Shown piece after piece: positions 47,901 to 60,212 of a DNA stretch of 64,000 nucleotides. The translations under genes were made by a program, and so were the position numbers. Positions within the stretch are counted from its first letter, which is position 1. Every line of letters begins with the position of its first letter. This stretch comes from Squalus acanthias. Lineage: Eukaryota. The stretch is from NCBI GenBank assembly GCA_030390025.1, contig CM059433.1, forward strand, positions 69,874,001 to 69,938,000. The letters run 5' to 3'. The notes under the pieces are model-generated. The model saw only the letters and a list, made by a program, of their open reading frames with translations. It was not told the origin of the DNA and did not search any database.

Positions 47901-50900
47901 TGAGAAACAAGGGGAGGAGTCAGAGAGTGAGAAACAAGGGGAGGAGTCAGAGAGTGAGGAAACAAGGGGAGGAGTCAGAGAGTGAGAAACAATGGGAGGA
48001 GTCAGAGAGTGAGTCAACAGGGGAGGAGTCAGAGAGTGAGTCAACAGGGGAGGAGTCAGAGAGTGAGAGACAGGGGGAGGTGTCAGAGTGAGAAACAAGG
48101 GGAGGAGTCAGAGAGTGAGTCAACAGGGGAGCAGTCAGAGAGTGAGTCAACAGGGGAGGAGTCAGAGAGTGAGAAACGGGGAGGAGTCAGAGAGTGACAA
48201 ACAGGGGGAGGAGTCAGAGTGAGAAACAGGGGGAGGAGTCAGAGAGTGAGAAACAAGGGGAGGAGTCAGAGAGTGAGAAACAAGGGGAGGAGTCAGAGCG
48301 TGAGAAACAGGGGGAGGAGTCAGAGGGTGAGAAACAGGGGGAGGTGTCAGAGTGAGAAACAAGGGGAGGAGTCAGAGAGTGAGTCAACAGGGGAGGAGTC
48401 AGAGAGTGAGTCAACAGGGGAGGAGTCAGAGAGTGAGAGACAGGGGGAGGTGTCAGAGTGAGAAACAAGGGGAGGAGTCAGAGAGTGAGTCAACAGGGGA
48501 GCAGTCAGAGAGTGAGTCAACAGGGGAGGAGTCAGAGAGTGAGAAACGGGGAGGAGTCAGAGAGTGAGGAAAAGGGGGTGGAGATAGAGAGTAAGTCACC
48601 AGGGGAGGAGTCAGAGAGTGTCAACAGGGGCGGAGTCAGAGAGTGTCAACAGGGGAGGAGTCAGAGAGTGAGCGACAGGGGGAGGAGTCAGAGAGAGAGA
48701 AACAAGGGGAGGAGTCAGAGTGAGGAAAAGGGGGTGGAGTCAGAGAGTGAGCCAACAGGGGAGGAGTCAGAGAGTGAGGAAAAGGGGGTGGAGTCAGAGA
48801 GTGAGTCAACAGGGGAGGAGTCAGAGAGGGAGTCATCAGGGGAGGAGTCAGAGAGTGAGAAACAGGGGGGAGGAGTCAGAGAGTGAGAAAAAAGGGGAGG
48901 AGTCAGAAAGCGAGAAAAAGGGGGAGGAGTCAGAGAGTGAGAAACAGGGGGAGCAGTCAGAGTGAGAAACAGGGGGAGGAGTCAGAATGAGAAACAGGGG
49001 AAGGAGTCAGAGTGTGAGAAACAGGGGGAGGAGTCAGAGGGTGAGAAACAGGGGGAGGTGTCAGAGAGTGAGAAACAGGGGGAGGAGTCAGAGTGAGAAA
49101 CAGGGGGAGGAGTCAGAATGAGAAACAGGGGAAGGAGTCAGAGTGTGAGAAACAGGGGGAGGAGTCAGAGGGTGAGAAACAGGGGGAGGAGTCAGAATGA
49201 GAAACAGGGGAAGGAGTCAGAGTGTGAGAAACAGGGGGAGGAGTCAGAGGGTGAGAAACAGGGGGAGGTGTCAGAGAGTGAGAAACAGGGGGAGGAGTCA
49301 GAGGGTGAGAAACAGGGGAGGAGTCAGAGAGTGAGTCAACAGGGGAGGAGTCAGAGAGTGAGAGACAGGGGGAGGTGTCAGAGTGAGAAACAAGGGGAGG
49401 AGTCAGAGAGTGAGGAAAAGGGTGTGGAGTCAGAGAGTGAGTCAACAGGGGAGGAGTCAGAGAGTGAGTCATCAGGGGAGGAGTCAGAGAGTGAGAAACG
49501 GGGGGAGGAGTCAGAGAGTGAGAAAAAGGGGAGGAGTCAGAAAGCGAGAAACGGGGAGGAGTCAGAGAGTGAGAAACAGGGGGAGGAGTCAGAGTGAGAA
49601 ACAGGGGGAGGAGTCAGAATGAGAAACAGGGGAAGGAGTCAGAGTGTGAGAAACAGGGGGAGGAGTCAGAGGGTGAGAAACAGGGGGAGGTGTCAGAGTG
49701 AGAAACAAGGGGAGGAGTCAGAGAGTGAGTCAACAGGGGAGGAGTCAGAGAGTGAGTCAACAGGGGAGGAGTCAGAGAGTGAGAGACAGGGGGAGGTGTC
49801 AGAGTGAGAAACAAGGGGAGGAGTCAGAGAGTGAGAAACAATGGGAGGAGTCGTAAGTGAGAAACAGGGGAGGAGTTGGAGTGAGAAACAAGGGGAGGAG
49901 TCAGAGAGTGAGAAACAGAGGGAGAGGAGTCATTGAATGAGGAAAAAGGGGAGGAGTCAAAGCAAGAACCAGGGGGAGGAGTCAGAGAGTGAGAAACAAG
50001 GGGAGGAGTCAGAAAGTGAGAAACAGGTGGAGGAGTCAGAAAGTGAGAAACAGGGGGAGGAGTCAGAGTGTGAGAAACAAGGGGAGGAGTCAGAGAGTGA
50101 GAAACAAGGGGAGGAGTCAGAGAGTGAGAAACAAGGGGAGGAGTCAGAGAGTGAGGAAACAAGGGGAGGAGTCAGAGAGTGAGAAACAATGGGAGGAGTC
50201 AGAGAATGAGAAACAGGAGGAGGAGTCAGAGAGTGAGAAACAGGGGGGAGGAGTCAGAGAGTGAGAAAAAAGGGGAGGAGTCAGAAAGCGAGAAACAGGG
50301 GGAGGAGTCAGAGTGAGAAACAGGGGGAGGAGTCAGAATGAGAAACAAGGGGAGGAGTCAGAGAGTGAGGAAAAGGGGGTGGAGTCAAAGAGTGAGTCAA
50401 CAGGGGAGGAGTCAGAGAGTGAGTCAACAGGGGAGGAGTCAGAGAGTGAGTCAACAGGGGAGGAGTCAGAGAGTGAGTCAACAGGGGAGGAGTCAGAGAG
50501 TGAGAGACCGGGGGAGGTGTCAGAGTGAGAAACAGTGGGAGGAGTCAGAGAGTGAGTCAACAGGGGAGGAGTCAGAGAGTGAGTCAACAGGGGAGGAGTC
50601 AGAGAGTGAGAGACCGGGGGAGGTGTCAGAGTGAGAAACAAGGGGAGGAGTCAGAGAGTGAGTCAACAGGGGAGCAGTCAGAGAGTGAGTCAACAGGGGA
50701 GGAGTCAGAGAGTGAGAAACGGGGAGGAGTCAGAGAGTGACAAACAGGGGGAGGAGTCAGAGTGAGAAACAGGGGGAGGAGTCAGAGAGTGAGAAACAAG
50801 GGGAGGAGTCAGAGAGTGAGAAACAAGGGGAGGAGTCAGAGAGTGAGAAACAAGGGGAGGAGTCAGAGAGTGAGGAAACAAGGGGAGGAGTCAGAGAGTG

Positions 50901-53900
50901 AGAAACAATGGGAGGAGTCAGAGAGTGAGTCAACAGGGGAGGAGTCAGAGAGTGAGTCAACAGGGGAGGAGTCAGAGAGTGAGAGACAGGGGGAGGTGTC
51001 AGAGTGAGAAACAAGGGGAGGAGTCAGAGAGTGAGTCAACAGGGGAGCAGTCAGAGAGTGAGTCAACAGGGGAGGAGTCAGAGAGTGAGAAACGGGGAGG
51101 AGTCAGAGAGTGACAAACAGGGGGAGGAGTCAGAGTGAGAAACAGGGGGAGGAGTCAGAGAGTGAGAAACAAGGGGAGGAGTCAGAGAGTGAGAAACAAG
51201 GGGAGGAGTCAGAGCGTGAGAAACAGGGGGAGGAGTCAGAGGGTGAGAAACAGGGGGAGGTGTCAGAGTGAGAAACAAGGGGAGGAGTCAGAGAGTGAGT
51301 CAACAGGGGAGGAGTCAGAGAGTGAGTCAACAGGGGAGGAGTCAGAGAGTGAGAGACAGGGGGAGGTGTCAGAGTGAGAAACAAGGGGAGGAGTCAGAGA
51401 GTGAGTCAACAGGGGAGCAGTCAGAGAGTGAGTCAACAGGGGAGGAGTCAGAGAGTGAGAAACGGGGAGGAGTCAGAGAGTGAGGAAAAGGGGGTGGAGA
51501 TAGAGAGTAAGTCACCAGGGGAGGAGTCAGAGAGTGTCAACAGGGGCGGAGTCAGAGAGTGTCAACAGGGGAGGAGTCAGAGAGTGAGCGACAGGGGGAG
51601 GAGTCAGAGAGAGAGAAACAAGGGGAGGAGTCAGAGTGAGGAAAAGGGGGTGGAGTCAGAGAGTGAGCCAACAGGGGAGGAGTCAGAGAGTGAGGAAAAG
51701 GGGGTGGAGTCAGAGAGTGAGTCAACAGGGGAGGAGTCAGAGAGGGAGTCATCAGGGGAGGAGTCAGAGAGGGAGTCATCAGGGGAGGAGTCAGAGAGTG
51801 AGAAACAGGGGGAGGAGTCAGAGAGTGAGAAAAAAGGGGAGGAGTCAGAAAGCGAGAAAAAGGGGGAGGAGTCAGAGAGTGAGAAACAGGGGGAGCAGTC
51901 AGAGTGAGAAACAGGGGGAGGAGTCAGAATGAGAAACAGGGGAAGGAGTCAGAGTGTGAGAAACAGGGGGAGGAGTCAGAGGGTGAGAAACAGGGGGAGG
52001 TGTCAGAGAGTGAGAAACAGGGGGAGGAGTCAGAGTGAGAAACAGGGGGAGGAGTCAGAATGAGAAACAGGGGAAGGAGTCAGAGTGTGAGAAACAGGGG
52101 GAGGAGTCAGAGGGTGAGAAACAGGGGGAGGAGTCAGAATGAGAAACAGGGGAAGGAGTCAGAGTGTGAGAAACAGGGGGAGGAGTCAGAGGGTGAGAAA
52201 CAGGGGGAGGTGTCAGAGAGTGAGAAACAGGGGGAGGAGTCAGAGGGTGAGAAACAGGGGAGGAGTCAGAGAGTGAGTCAACAGGGGAGGAGTCAGAGAG
52301 TGAGAGACAGGGGGAGGTGTCAGAGTGAGAAACAAGGGGAGGAGTCAGAGAGTGAGGAAAAGGGTGTGGAGTCAGAGAGTGAGTCAACAGGGGAGGAGTC
52401 AGAGAGTGAGTCATCAGGGGAGGAGTCAGAGAGTGAGAAACGGGGGGAGGAGTCAGAGAGTGAGAAAAAAGGGGAGGAGTCAGAAAGCGAGAAACGGGGA
52501 GGAGTCAGAGAGTGAGAAACAGGGGGAGGAGTCAGAGTGAGAAACAGGGGGAGGAGTCAGAATGAGAAACAGGGGAAGGAGTCAGAGTGTGAGAAACAGG
52601 GGGAGGAGTCAGAGGGTGAGAAACGGGGAGGTGTCAGAGTGAGAAACAAGGGGAGGAGTCAGAGAGTGAGTCAACAGGGGAGGAGTCAGAGAGTGAGTCA
52701 ACAGGGGAGGAGTCAGAGAGTGAGAGACAGGGGGAGGTGTCAGAGTGAGAAACAAGGGGAGGAGTCAGAGAGTGAGAAACAATGGGAGGAGTCGTAAGTG
52801 AGAAACAGGGGGAGGAGTTGGAGTGAGAAACAAGGGGAGGAGTCAGAGAGTGAGAAACAGAGGGAGAGGAGTCATTGAATGAGGAAAAAGGGGAGGAGTC
52901 AAAGCAAGAACCAGGGGGAGGAGTCAGAGAGTGAGAAACAAGGGGAGGAGTCAGAAAGTGAGAAACAGGTGGAGGAGTCAGAAAGTGAGAAACAGGGGGA
53001 GGAGTCAGAGTGTGAGAAACAAGGGGAGGAGTCAGAGAGTGAGAAACAAGGGGAGGAGTCAGAGAGTGAGAAACAAGGGGAGGAGTCAGAGAGTGAGGAA
53101 ACAAGGGGAGGAGTCAGAGAGTGAGAAACAATGGGAGGAGTCAGAGAATGAGAAACAGGAGGAGGAGTCAGAGAGTGAGAAACAGGGGGGAGGAGTCAGA
53201 GAGTGAGAAAAAAGGGGAGGAGTCAGAAAGCGAGAAACAGGGGGAGGAGTCAGAGTGAGAAACAGGGGGAGGAGTCAGAATGAGAAACAAGGGGAGGAGT
53301 CAGAGAGTGAGGAAAAGGGGGTGGAGTCAAAGAGTGAGTCAACAGGGGAGGAGTCAGAGAGTGAGTCAACAGGGGAGGAGTCAGAGAGTGAGTCAACAGG
53401 GGAGGAGTCAGAGAGTGAGTCAACAGGGGAGGAGTCAGAGAGTGAGAGACCGGGGGAGGTGTCAGAGTGAGAAACAGTGGGAGGAGTCAGAGAGTGAGTC
53501 AACAGGGGAGGAGTCAGAGAGTGAGTCAACAGGGGAGGAGTCAGAGAGTGAGAGACCGGGGGAGGTGTCAGAGTGAGAAACAAGGGGAGGAGTCAGAGAG
53601 TGAGTCAACAGGGGAGCAGTCAGAGAGTGAGTCAACAGGGGAGGAGTCAGAGAGTGAGAAACGGGGAGGAGTCAGAGAGTGACAAACAGGGGGAGGAGTC
53701 AGAGTGAGAAACAGGGGGAGGAGTCAGAGAGTGAGAAACAAGGGGAGGAGTCAGAGAGTGAGAAACAAGGGGAGGAGTCAGAGAGTGAGAAACAAGGGGA
53801 GGAGTCAGAGAGTGAGGAAACAAGGGGAGGAGTCAGAGAGTGAGAAACAATGGGAGGAGTCAGAGAGTGAGTCAACAGGGGAGGAGTCAGAGAGTGAGTC

Positions 53901-55485
53901 AACAGGGGAGGAGTCAGAGAGTGAGAGACAGGGGGAGGTGTCAGAGTGAGAAACAAGGGGAGGAGTCAGAGAGTGAGTCAACAGGGGAGCAGTCAGAGAG
54001 TGAGTCAACAGGGGAGGAGTCAGAGAGTGAGAAACGGGGAGGAGTCAGAGAGTGACAAACAGGGGGAGGAGTCAGAGTGAGAAACAGGGGGAGGAGTCAG
54101 AGAGTGAGAAACAAGGGGAGGAGTCAGAAGTGAGAAACAAGGGGGAGGAGTCAGAGAGTGAGAAACAGGGGGAGGAGTCAGAGAGTGAGAAACAGGGGAG
54201 GAGTCAGAGTGAGAAACAGGGGAGGAGTCAGAGAGTGAGTCAACAGGGGAGGAGTCAGAGATTGAGTCAACAGGGGAGGAGTCAGAGAGTGAGAGACAGG
54301 GGGAGGTGTCAGAGTGAGAAACAAGGGAGGAGTCAGAGAGTGAGAAACAGGGGAGGAGTCAGAGAGTGAGTCAACAGGGGAGGAGTCAGAGAGTGAGAAA
54401 CAGGGGAGGAGTCAGAGAGTGAGAACAGGGGGAGGAGTCAGAGTGAGAAACAGGGGAGGAGTCAGAGAGTGAGAAACAAGGGGAGGAGTCAGAGAGTGAG
54501 AAACAGGGGAGGAGTCAGAGTGGAAACAAGGGGAGGAGTCAGAGAGTGAGAAACAGGGGGAGGAGTCAGAGAGTGAGAAACAAGGGGAGGAGTCAGAGAA
54601 TGAGAAACAGGGGGAGGAGTCAGAAGGGGAGGAGTCAGAGAGTGAGAAACAGGGGAGGAGTCAGAGTGAGAAACAGGGGAGGAGTCAGAATGAGAAACAA
54701 GGGGAGGAGTCAGAGAGTGAGAAAAGGGGGTGGAGTCAAAGAGTGAGTCAACAGGGAGGAGTCAGAGAGTGAGTCAAACAGGGGAGGAGTCAGAGAGTGA
54801 GTCAACAGGGGAGGAGTCAGAGAGTGAGTCAACAGGGGAGGAGTCAGAGAGTGAGAGACCGGGGGAGGTGTCAGAGTGAGAAACAGTGGGAGGAGTCAGA
54901 GAGTGAGTCAACAGGGGAGGAGTCAGAGAGTGAGTCAACAGGGGGAGGAGTCAGAGAGTGAGAGACGGGGGAGGTGTCAGAGTGAGAAACAAGGGGAGGA
55001 GTCAGAGAGTGAGTCAACAGGGGAGCAGTCAGAGAGTGAGTCAACAGGGGAGGAGTCAGAGAGTGAGAAACGGGGGAGTCAGCAGAAGTGACAAACAGGG
55101 GAGGAGTCAGAGTGAGAAACAGGGGGAGGAGTCAGAGTGTGAGAAACAGGGGGGAGGAGTTAGAGGAGTTGAGAAACAGGGGGGAGGAGTTAGAGAATGA
55201 GAAACAGAGGGGGAGGAGTCAGAGAGTGAGAAACAGAGGGGGAGGAGTCAGAGTGAGGAAAAGGGGGAGGAGTCACAGAGTGAAGAACAGAGGGGAGGAG
55301 TCAGAGTGAGAAACAGGGGGAGGAGTCAGATAGTGAGAAACGGGGAGGAGTCAGAGTGAGAAAAAAGGGGAGGAGTCAGAGAGTGAGAAACGGGGAGGAG
55401 TCAGAGAGTGAGAAACAGAGGGGGAGGAGCCAGAGAGTGAGAAACAGGGGGAGGAGTCAGAGAGAGAGAAACAGTGGGAGGACTC
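44985..55485. repeat. Purine-rich 25-28-bp minisatellite (gagaaacagggggaggagtcagagagt) with ~2916-bp higher-order repeat (~3 copies)
   Basis: Marker ggagatagagagtaagtcacc recurs at 45665, 48581 and 51497 (2916 spacing). Marker gtcgtaag recurs at 46936, 49852 and 52793 (2916, 2941). A ~370-bp sub-period is seen in the ORF track at 47609, 47982 and 48352. Confidence 0.97.
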
Positions 55486-55489
55486 CGAG

Positions 55490-56990
55490 TGAGTATGTTA
55501 ACTTTCTGTGATTCATGTACAAGGACACCCAGGTCCCTCAGAACACCAACATTTCCCAATCTCTCACCATTTGAAAATACTCTGCTTTTCTATTTTCCTG
55601 CAAAGTGGATAACTTCACATTTCTCACATTATAACTTCACATTCTTCTCCACATTATTCCATTTGCCATGTTCTTGCCACTCACTCAGCCTGTCTATATC
55701 CCCTTGAAGCCTCTTTGCATCCCCCTCACAACTTACATTCCCACCTAGCTTTGTATCATCAGCAAACTTGGATATATTACATTTGGTCCGCTCATCCAAA
55801 TCATTGATATCGATTGTAAATAGCTGAGGCCCAAGCACTGATCCTTGCGGTACCCCACTAGTTACAGCCTGCCAACCCGAAAATAACCCGTTTATTCCTA
55901 CTCTCTGTTTTCTGTCCCTTAACCAATCCTCAATCCATGCAAGTATATTACCCCCAATCCCATGAGCCCTAATTTTGTTTAATAACCTGTTGTGTGGCAC
56001 CTTATTGAATGCCTTCTGAAAATCCAAATACACCACATCCACTGGTTCCCCCTTATCCATTCTGCTAGTTGCAACCTCAAAAAACGCTAATAGATTTGTC
56101 AAACATGATTTCCCTTTCATAAATCCGTGTTGACTCTGCCCAATCCTATTATTATTTTCTAAGTGCCCTGTTACCACGTCCTTATTAATAGATTCTAGTA
56201 TTTTCCCGACAACTGATGTCAGGCTAACTGGTCTGTAGTTCCCTGTTTTCTCTCTCCCTCCTTTCTTAAATAGTGGGGTTACATTTGCTACCTTCCAATC
56301 CGCGGGAACCATTCTAGAATCAATGGAATTTTGGAAGATGACAACCAATGCATCCACTATCTCTATAGCCACCTCTTTCAAAACCCTAGGATGTAGGCCA
56401 TCAGGTCCAGGGTATTTATCGGCTTTCAGTCCCATTATTTTCTCCAATTCTATCATATTATGGTCACTCTTCCCTAAGGGCCCCTTTACTACAAGGTTTT
56501 TAATTAACCCTTTCTCATTGCACAATACTAAATCTAAAATAGCCTGTTCCCTAGTTGGTTCCTCAACATACTGATCTAGAAAACTATCTTGTATACATTC
56601 CATGAATTTGTCCTCCACACTATTACTGCAAATTTGGTTTGCCCAGTCTATATGTAGATTAAAGTCCTCCATGATTACTGTATTACCCTTGTTACATGCA
56701 CCTCTAATTTCCTGATTTATACTCTGCCCTAAGTTACAACTACTGTTTGGGGGCCTATAAACAACTCCCACCAATGTTTTCTGTCCCTTGCTGTTTCTTC
56801 GTTCCACCCAAACTGATTCTACTTCTTGATTTTCAGAGCCAAGATCTTTTCTCTCTACTGTCTTTATCCCATCCTTTATTAACAGTGCTCACCTCCTCCT
56901 TTTCCATTTTGCCTATCTCTTCTAAAAGTTAAGTATCCTGCAATATTTAGTTCTCAACCTTGGTCCCTTTGCCACCACGTCTCCACAATG
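55490..56990 (-). mobile_element. Internal CR1 ORF2 fragment (endonuclease part fused in frame to RT) embedded in the satellite
   Basis: ORF 55629-56807: GVVYRPP, EDFN, LDLVL, SDHN (APE endonuclease), then directly GPDGLHPRVLKE, NYRPVSLTS, QHGF, GVPQGSVLGP and FADD. The usual linker is missing. Confidence 0.95.
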
Positions 56991-58190
56991 TCAGAGTGAG
57001 AAACAGAGGGGGAGGAGTCACAGAGTGAGAAACAGATAGAGGAGTCACAGAGTGAGAAACAGAGGGGGAGGAGTCAGAGAGTGAGAAACAGAGGAGGAGG
57101 AGTCAGAGAGTGAGAAACAGGGGGGAGGAGTCAGAGAGTGAGAAACAGAGGGGGAGTCAGAGAGTGAGAAACAGGGGAAGGAGTCAGAGAGTGAGATACA
57201 GGGGAGGAGTCAGAGAATGAGAAACAGGGGAAGGAGTCAGAGAGTGAGATACAGGGGAGGAGTCAGAGAGTGAGAAACAGAGGGGGAGGAGTCAGAGAGT
57301 GAGAAACAGGGGAGGAGTCAGAGAGTGAGAAACAGGGGAGGAGTCAGAGAGTGAGAAACAGGGGAGGAGTCAGAGAGTGAGAAACAGGGGAAGGAGTCAG
57401 AGAGTGAGATACAGGGGAGGAGTCAGAGAATGAGAAACAGGGGGAGGAGTTAGAGAGTGAGAAACAGAAGGGGAGGAGTCACAGAGTGAGAAACAGGGGG
57501 GAGGAGTCAGAGAGTGAGAAACAGAGGAGGAGTCAGAGAATCAGAAACAGGGGGAGGAGTTAGAGAGTGAGAAACAGAGGGGGAGGAGTCAGAGAATGAG
57601 AAACAGGGGGAGGAGTCAGAGAGTGAGAAACAGAGGGGGAGGAGTCAGAGAATGAGAAACGGGGAGGAAGCAGAGAGTGAGAAACAAAGGGAGGAGTCAG
57701 AGAGTGAGAAACAGGGGGAGGAGTCAGAGGGTGAGAAACAAGGGGAGGAGTCAGAGAGTGAGAAACAGAGGGGGAGGAGTCAGAGAGTGAGAAACAGGGG
57801 GGAGGAGTCAGAGAGTGAGAAACGGGGGAGGAGTCAGAGAGTGAGAAACAGGGGAGGAGTCAGAGAGTGAGATACAGGGGAGGAGTCAGAGAATGAGAAA
57901 CGGGGGAGGAGTTAGAGAGTGAGAAACAGAGGGGGAGGAGTCAGAGAGTGAGAAACAGAGGAGGAGGAGTCAGAGCGTGAGAAACAAGGGGAGGAGTCAG
58001 AGAGTGAGAAACAGAGGGGGAGGAGTCAGAGAATGAGAAACAGGGGGAGGAGTCAGAGAGTGAGAAACAAGGGGAGGAGTCAGAGAGTGAAACAGGGGGA
58101 GGAGCCAGAGAGTGTGAAACAGCGGGTGGAGTCAGAGAGTGAGAAACAGAGGGGGAGGAGTCAGAGGGTCAGAAACAGAGGGAGGAGTCA
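56991..58190. repeat. Continuation of the purine-rich minisatellite
   Basis: Same unit, with gagaaacagagggggaggag variants. Confidence 0.95.
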
Positions 58191-58194
58191 CACC

Positions 58195-59710
58195 ACTTAG
58201 GTTTGGTAGTGGTACAGGTCTGGTTAGTGGTCAGCAACAGGAGGGTGTGACTACAACTCAGGCAGGTTCGGGGATCCCAGGTGAAGTGCTGGAGGAACCT
58301 CAGCATTTGTCCTTATCCAACAGGTATGAGGTTCTTGGTGCCTGTGTAGATGAGAGAAAAGCCTGCAGGATGGATGAGTAAGCTGACCATGGCACCATGG
58401 TGCAGGAGGCCATTCAAGGGGGGTCAAAGACATCTCATCACGGCTGGAGCAGAACCTGGAGTGGGAGGGGGAGGATCCAGTTGTCGTGGTCCACGTAGGA
58501 ACCAACGACATAGGTAGAACTAGGAATGAGGTTCTGCTGAGAGAGTTTGAGGAGTTGGGGTCCAAATTAAAAAGCAGAACCTCAAAGGTAATAATATCTG
58601 GATTGTTACCTGAAGCACACGCCAATTGGCATAGGGATAAGCAGATTCGAAGGTTAAATGCATGGCTCAAAGAGTGGTGTGGGAGGCAGGGATTTTGCTT
58701 CATGGGGCACTGGCACCATTACTGGGGATAGAGGAAGCTGTTCCATTGGGACGAGCTCCACTTAAACCAGGCTGGAACCAGTGTCCTGGTGAATCGAATA
58801 ACTAGGGCAGTAAATAGGGCTTTAAACTAATGAAGGTTGGTGGGGGGGGTGGGGGGGGCACGAGGATTCAGGAAAGAGTAAATTTAAAAGCAGTGAGAGA
58901 AATGTCAAGGCTCTAGAGCAGAGCAGTTTTGGGTAAAAATAAGCAGAGTGGGTCAGAAAGGGACAAAGAGAGAAACAAAAGTAATAGGGCTAAGGTGACA
59001 TCAAGGAAAAATAGAAAAAAGTCAAAGCTAAAGGCACTATATCTGAATGCGCGAAGCATTCGCAACAACACGGTGGCATAGTGGTTAGCACTGGTGCCTC
59101 ACAGCGCCAGAGACCCGGGTTCGAATCTGACCTCGGGTGACTGTCTGTGTGGAGTTTGCACATTCTCCCCGTGTCTGCGTGGGTTTCCTCCGGGTGCTCC
59201 GGTTTCCTCCCACAGTCCAAAAATGTGTGGGTTAGGTTGATTTGGCTATGATAAATTGACCCTTAGTGTTAGGGGGGGATTAAATATGTGGGGTTATGGG
59301 GATAGGATGGGATATGTTAGGGGGAATTAAATACGTGGGGTTACGGGGGTAGGGTGGGATATGTGTACTGTGGGGATTAAAGCAGGGACAGGGTACTGGA
59401 TTTGGATGATCAGCCATGATCGTATTGAATGGCGGAGCAGGCTCGACGGGCCGAATGGCCTACTCCTGCTCCTAGATTCTATGTTTCTATGTTTTAAAAT
59501 AGATGAATTAATAGCAGAGAGAGAAATTAATAGGTCTGAGTATATTCAAGACAGAAATCGATAGATTTTTGGATATTAACAGAATCAAGGGATGTGGGGA
59601 TAGTGCAGGAAAGTGAAGTTGAGGTAGAAGATCAGTCATGATCTTATTGAATGGCGGAGCAGGCTCGATGGGCCAAATGGCCTACTCCTGCACCTATTTC
59701 TTATGTTCTT
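58195..59710 (+). mobile_element. CR1 LINE: ORF1 esterase region, ORF2 start (split by HE1 SINE), then direct jump to the 3' end
   Basis: LSNRYEVL, VVVHVGTND, IISGLLP and LHLNQAGT (SGNH/esterase-type ORF1). ALYLNARSIRN at ~59033-59066 and KIDELIAEREIN at ~59496-59531. LSIFKTEIDRFLD and the 3' tail at 59536-59710. Confidence 0.88.
59069..59494 (+). mobile_element. V-SINE (HE1-like), full length with CR1-derived tail
   Basis: tRNA head ggtggcatagtggttagcact...gggttcgaatc. V-domain tgtgtggagtttgcacattctccccgtgtctgcgtgggtttcctccgggtgctccggtttcctcccacagtccaaa. CR1 tail with (tttctatg)n. Confidence 0.93.
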
Positions 59711-60212
59711 AAACAGGGGGAGGAGTCAGAGATTGAGAAACAGAGGGAGGAGTCAGAGAGTGAGAAACAGAGAGAGGAGTCAGAGAGTGAGAAACAGGGG
59801 AAGGAGTCAGAGAGAGTGAGAACCAGAGGGGCAGGAGTCAGAGAGTGGGAAACAGAGGGGGATTAGTCAGAGAGAGTGAGAAACAGAGGGAGGTTTCAGA
59901 GAATGAGAAACATGGGGGAGGAGTCAGAGGGAGTGAGAATAAGAGGTGGAGGAGTCAGAGCGTGAGAAACAGAGTGGGGAGGAGTCAGAGGGAGTGGGAA
60001 ACAGAGGGGGAGGAGTCAGAGGGAGTGAGAATCAGAGGAGGAGGAGTCAGCAGGGGTGAGAAACAGTGCGGGAGGAGTTAGAAGGAGTGAGAAACAATGG
60101 GGCGGAATCAGCAGAAGTGGAAAACTGAGCAGTGAGGATCAGAGGAAGTGAAAAACAGAATGGGAGGATTCAGAGGGAGTGAGAAGCAGAGGGGGAGGAG
60201 TCAGAGGGAGTG
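59711..60212. repeat. Degenerate distal end of the purine-rich minisatellite
   Basis: More diverged ggaggagtcagagggagtgagaa units. Confidence 0.85.

Noticed and set aside
45662-55309. Dozens of EESESEKQG / RSQRVRN ORFs
   Set aside because: Translations of the 25-28-bp satellite with constant frameshifts and no coherent gene structure.
44985-55485. CRISPR-like array
   Set aside because: No unique spacers, no cas genes, and the context is vertebrate.
59069-59140. tRNA gene
   Set aside because: The tRNA-like A/B boxes are the head of the HE1 SINE and continue into the V-domain.
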